Origin: Candidatus Peregrinibacteria bacterium
GTDB lineage: Bacteria; Patescibacteriota; Gracilibacteria; UM-FILTER-43-11; JACRIE01
Direction: 5' to 3'
NCBI GenBank assembly: GCA_016220165.1
Contig: JACRIE010000022.1
Coordinates: 5,456 to 69,455 of the forward strand
DNA length: 64,000 nt
The notes beneath the pieces are model-generated. The model had not been told where the DNA came from, made no database searches, and saw only the letters and a program-made list of their open reading frames with translations. The translations under genes were made by a program, and so were the position numbers. This document shows positions 63,242 through 64,000 of the stretch, in pieces; positions within the stretch are counted from its first letter, which is position 1; each line of letters begins with the position of its first letter.

Positions 63242-63751
63242 TTAAACTCGACGGGCTTTCTTGCGACGGCATCCATTATGAGGCATCGCTGTAATATCAA
63301 AAATCGCATCCAGATCAAGCCCCGCGGCTTGGAGACCCCGAACCGCTTGTTCGCGTCCGGTTCCAACGCCTTTAATGAAAACTTTGAGGCTTTTTACGCC
63401 ATAAGGAGCTAATTTTTCAACCACTTTTTCCGCTGTCACCTGGGCGGCGTAAGGAGTAGCTTTCCGGCTTCCCTTAAAACCAACCGATCCTGAACTGGCC
63501 GCGGCAATCAGCTCGCCATTAGGTTCTGTAATGGAAATAATCGTATTATTATAAGAAGCCATAATATAGGCATGCGCCTGAGAAACTACTTTGCGAACCC
63601 GCTTCTTGGCAACCTTTTTACCGGCAGGAACAGCTGCGGCTGGTGTGGCGGCAATAGGCTTGTCCGCCGATCTGTCCGCCGTAGCGGGAGCGGAGGAGGA
63701 AGCTCCAGCGGAGGCGGAAGCGTCCTTAGGCTTGGGTTTGATTTCAGTCAT
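63242..63751 (-). CDS. rpsK: 30S ribosomal protein S11 with Ala/Ser-rich N-terminal extension
   Basis: SYNNTI, GFKGSRKATPYAA, PHNGCR. Confidence 0.96.
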   Translation of the reverse strand: MTEIKPKPKDASASAGASSSAPATADRSADKPIAATPAAAVPAGKKVAKKRVRKVVSQAHAYIMASYNNTIISITEPNGELIAAASSGSVGFKGSRKATPYAAQVTAEKVVEKLAPYGVKSLKVFIKGVGTGREQAVRGLQAAGLDLDAIFDITAMPHNGCRRKKARRV

Positions 63752-63781
63752 ATCCAATTACAAGTTACAAATTTCGAATTT

Positions 63782-64000
63782 TTATGTCTTGGATTCTTTA
63801 ACGCGACCGCTGCCAACCGTCACGCGCTTGCCGCGCTTAGTGCGGGCATTGGTACGAGTCCGCTGTCCACGGGCGGGAAGACGCCGACGATGACGATAGC
63901 CACGATAAGAACCGATTTCTTGCAAACGCTTAATGTCCGTGGCGATTTTACGTCTTAAGTCACCTTCTAATATCCATTTTGAAACCGTCTCACGGATACG
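63782..64000 (-). CDS. rpsM: 30S ribosomal protein S13 (3' part, truncated by window)
   Basis: Manual translation EGDLRR...[29 protein letters not shown]. Confidence 0.95.
   Translation of the reverse strand, partial: RIRETVSKWILEGDLRRKIATDIKRLQEIGSYRGYRHRRRLPARGQRTRTNARTKRGKRVTVGSGRVKESKT

Overview
Bacterial chromosomal window, most likely from a Patescibacteria/CPR organism (Peregrinibacteria-like). This is inferred from the type IV pilus genes, DUF4012, fermentative enzymes and AT-rich starts lacking Shine-Dalgarno motifs. TGA is used as a stop, so the standard code applies. The window holds housekeeping genes (complete F1Fo atp operon, infC-rpmI-rplT, the rpsM-rpsK-rpsD-rpoA-rplQ-rplM-rpsI block, gltX, murB, dnaJ, trxB, dinG, rarA), fermentative metabolism (acs, ldh, 2-oxoacid:ferredoxin oxidoreductase, flavodoxin, SOD), a type IV pilin cluster, a frameshifted IS4 with a 9-bp target duplication, a HicA-type TA pair and a LexA-like repressor heading a BcgI-like R-M pair. 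The most striking unexplained structure is non-coding. More than 20 short arrays with 7-bp period, plus a 12-bp-period family, fill stop-to-start spacers, often as inverted pairs. At two loci the inverted arms (32-35 bp) enclose a whole four-helix-bundle (IVS/Avd-like) gene and sequester the next gene's start codon. Similar arrays encode the prepilin leaders. A second layer of ~28-bp REP-like palindromes sits in frame inside conserved genes.
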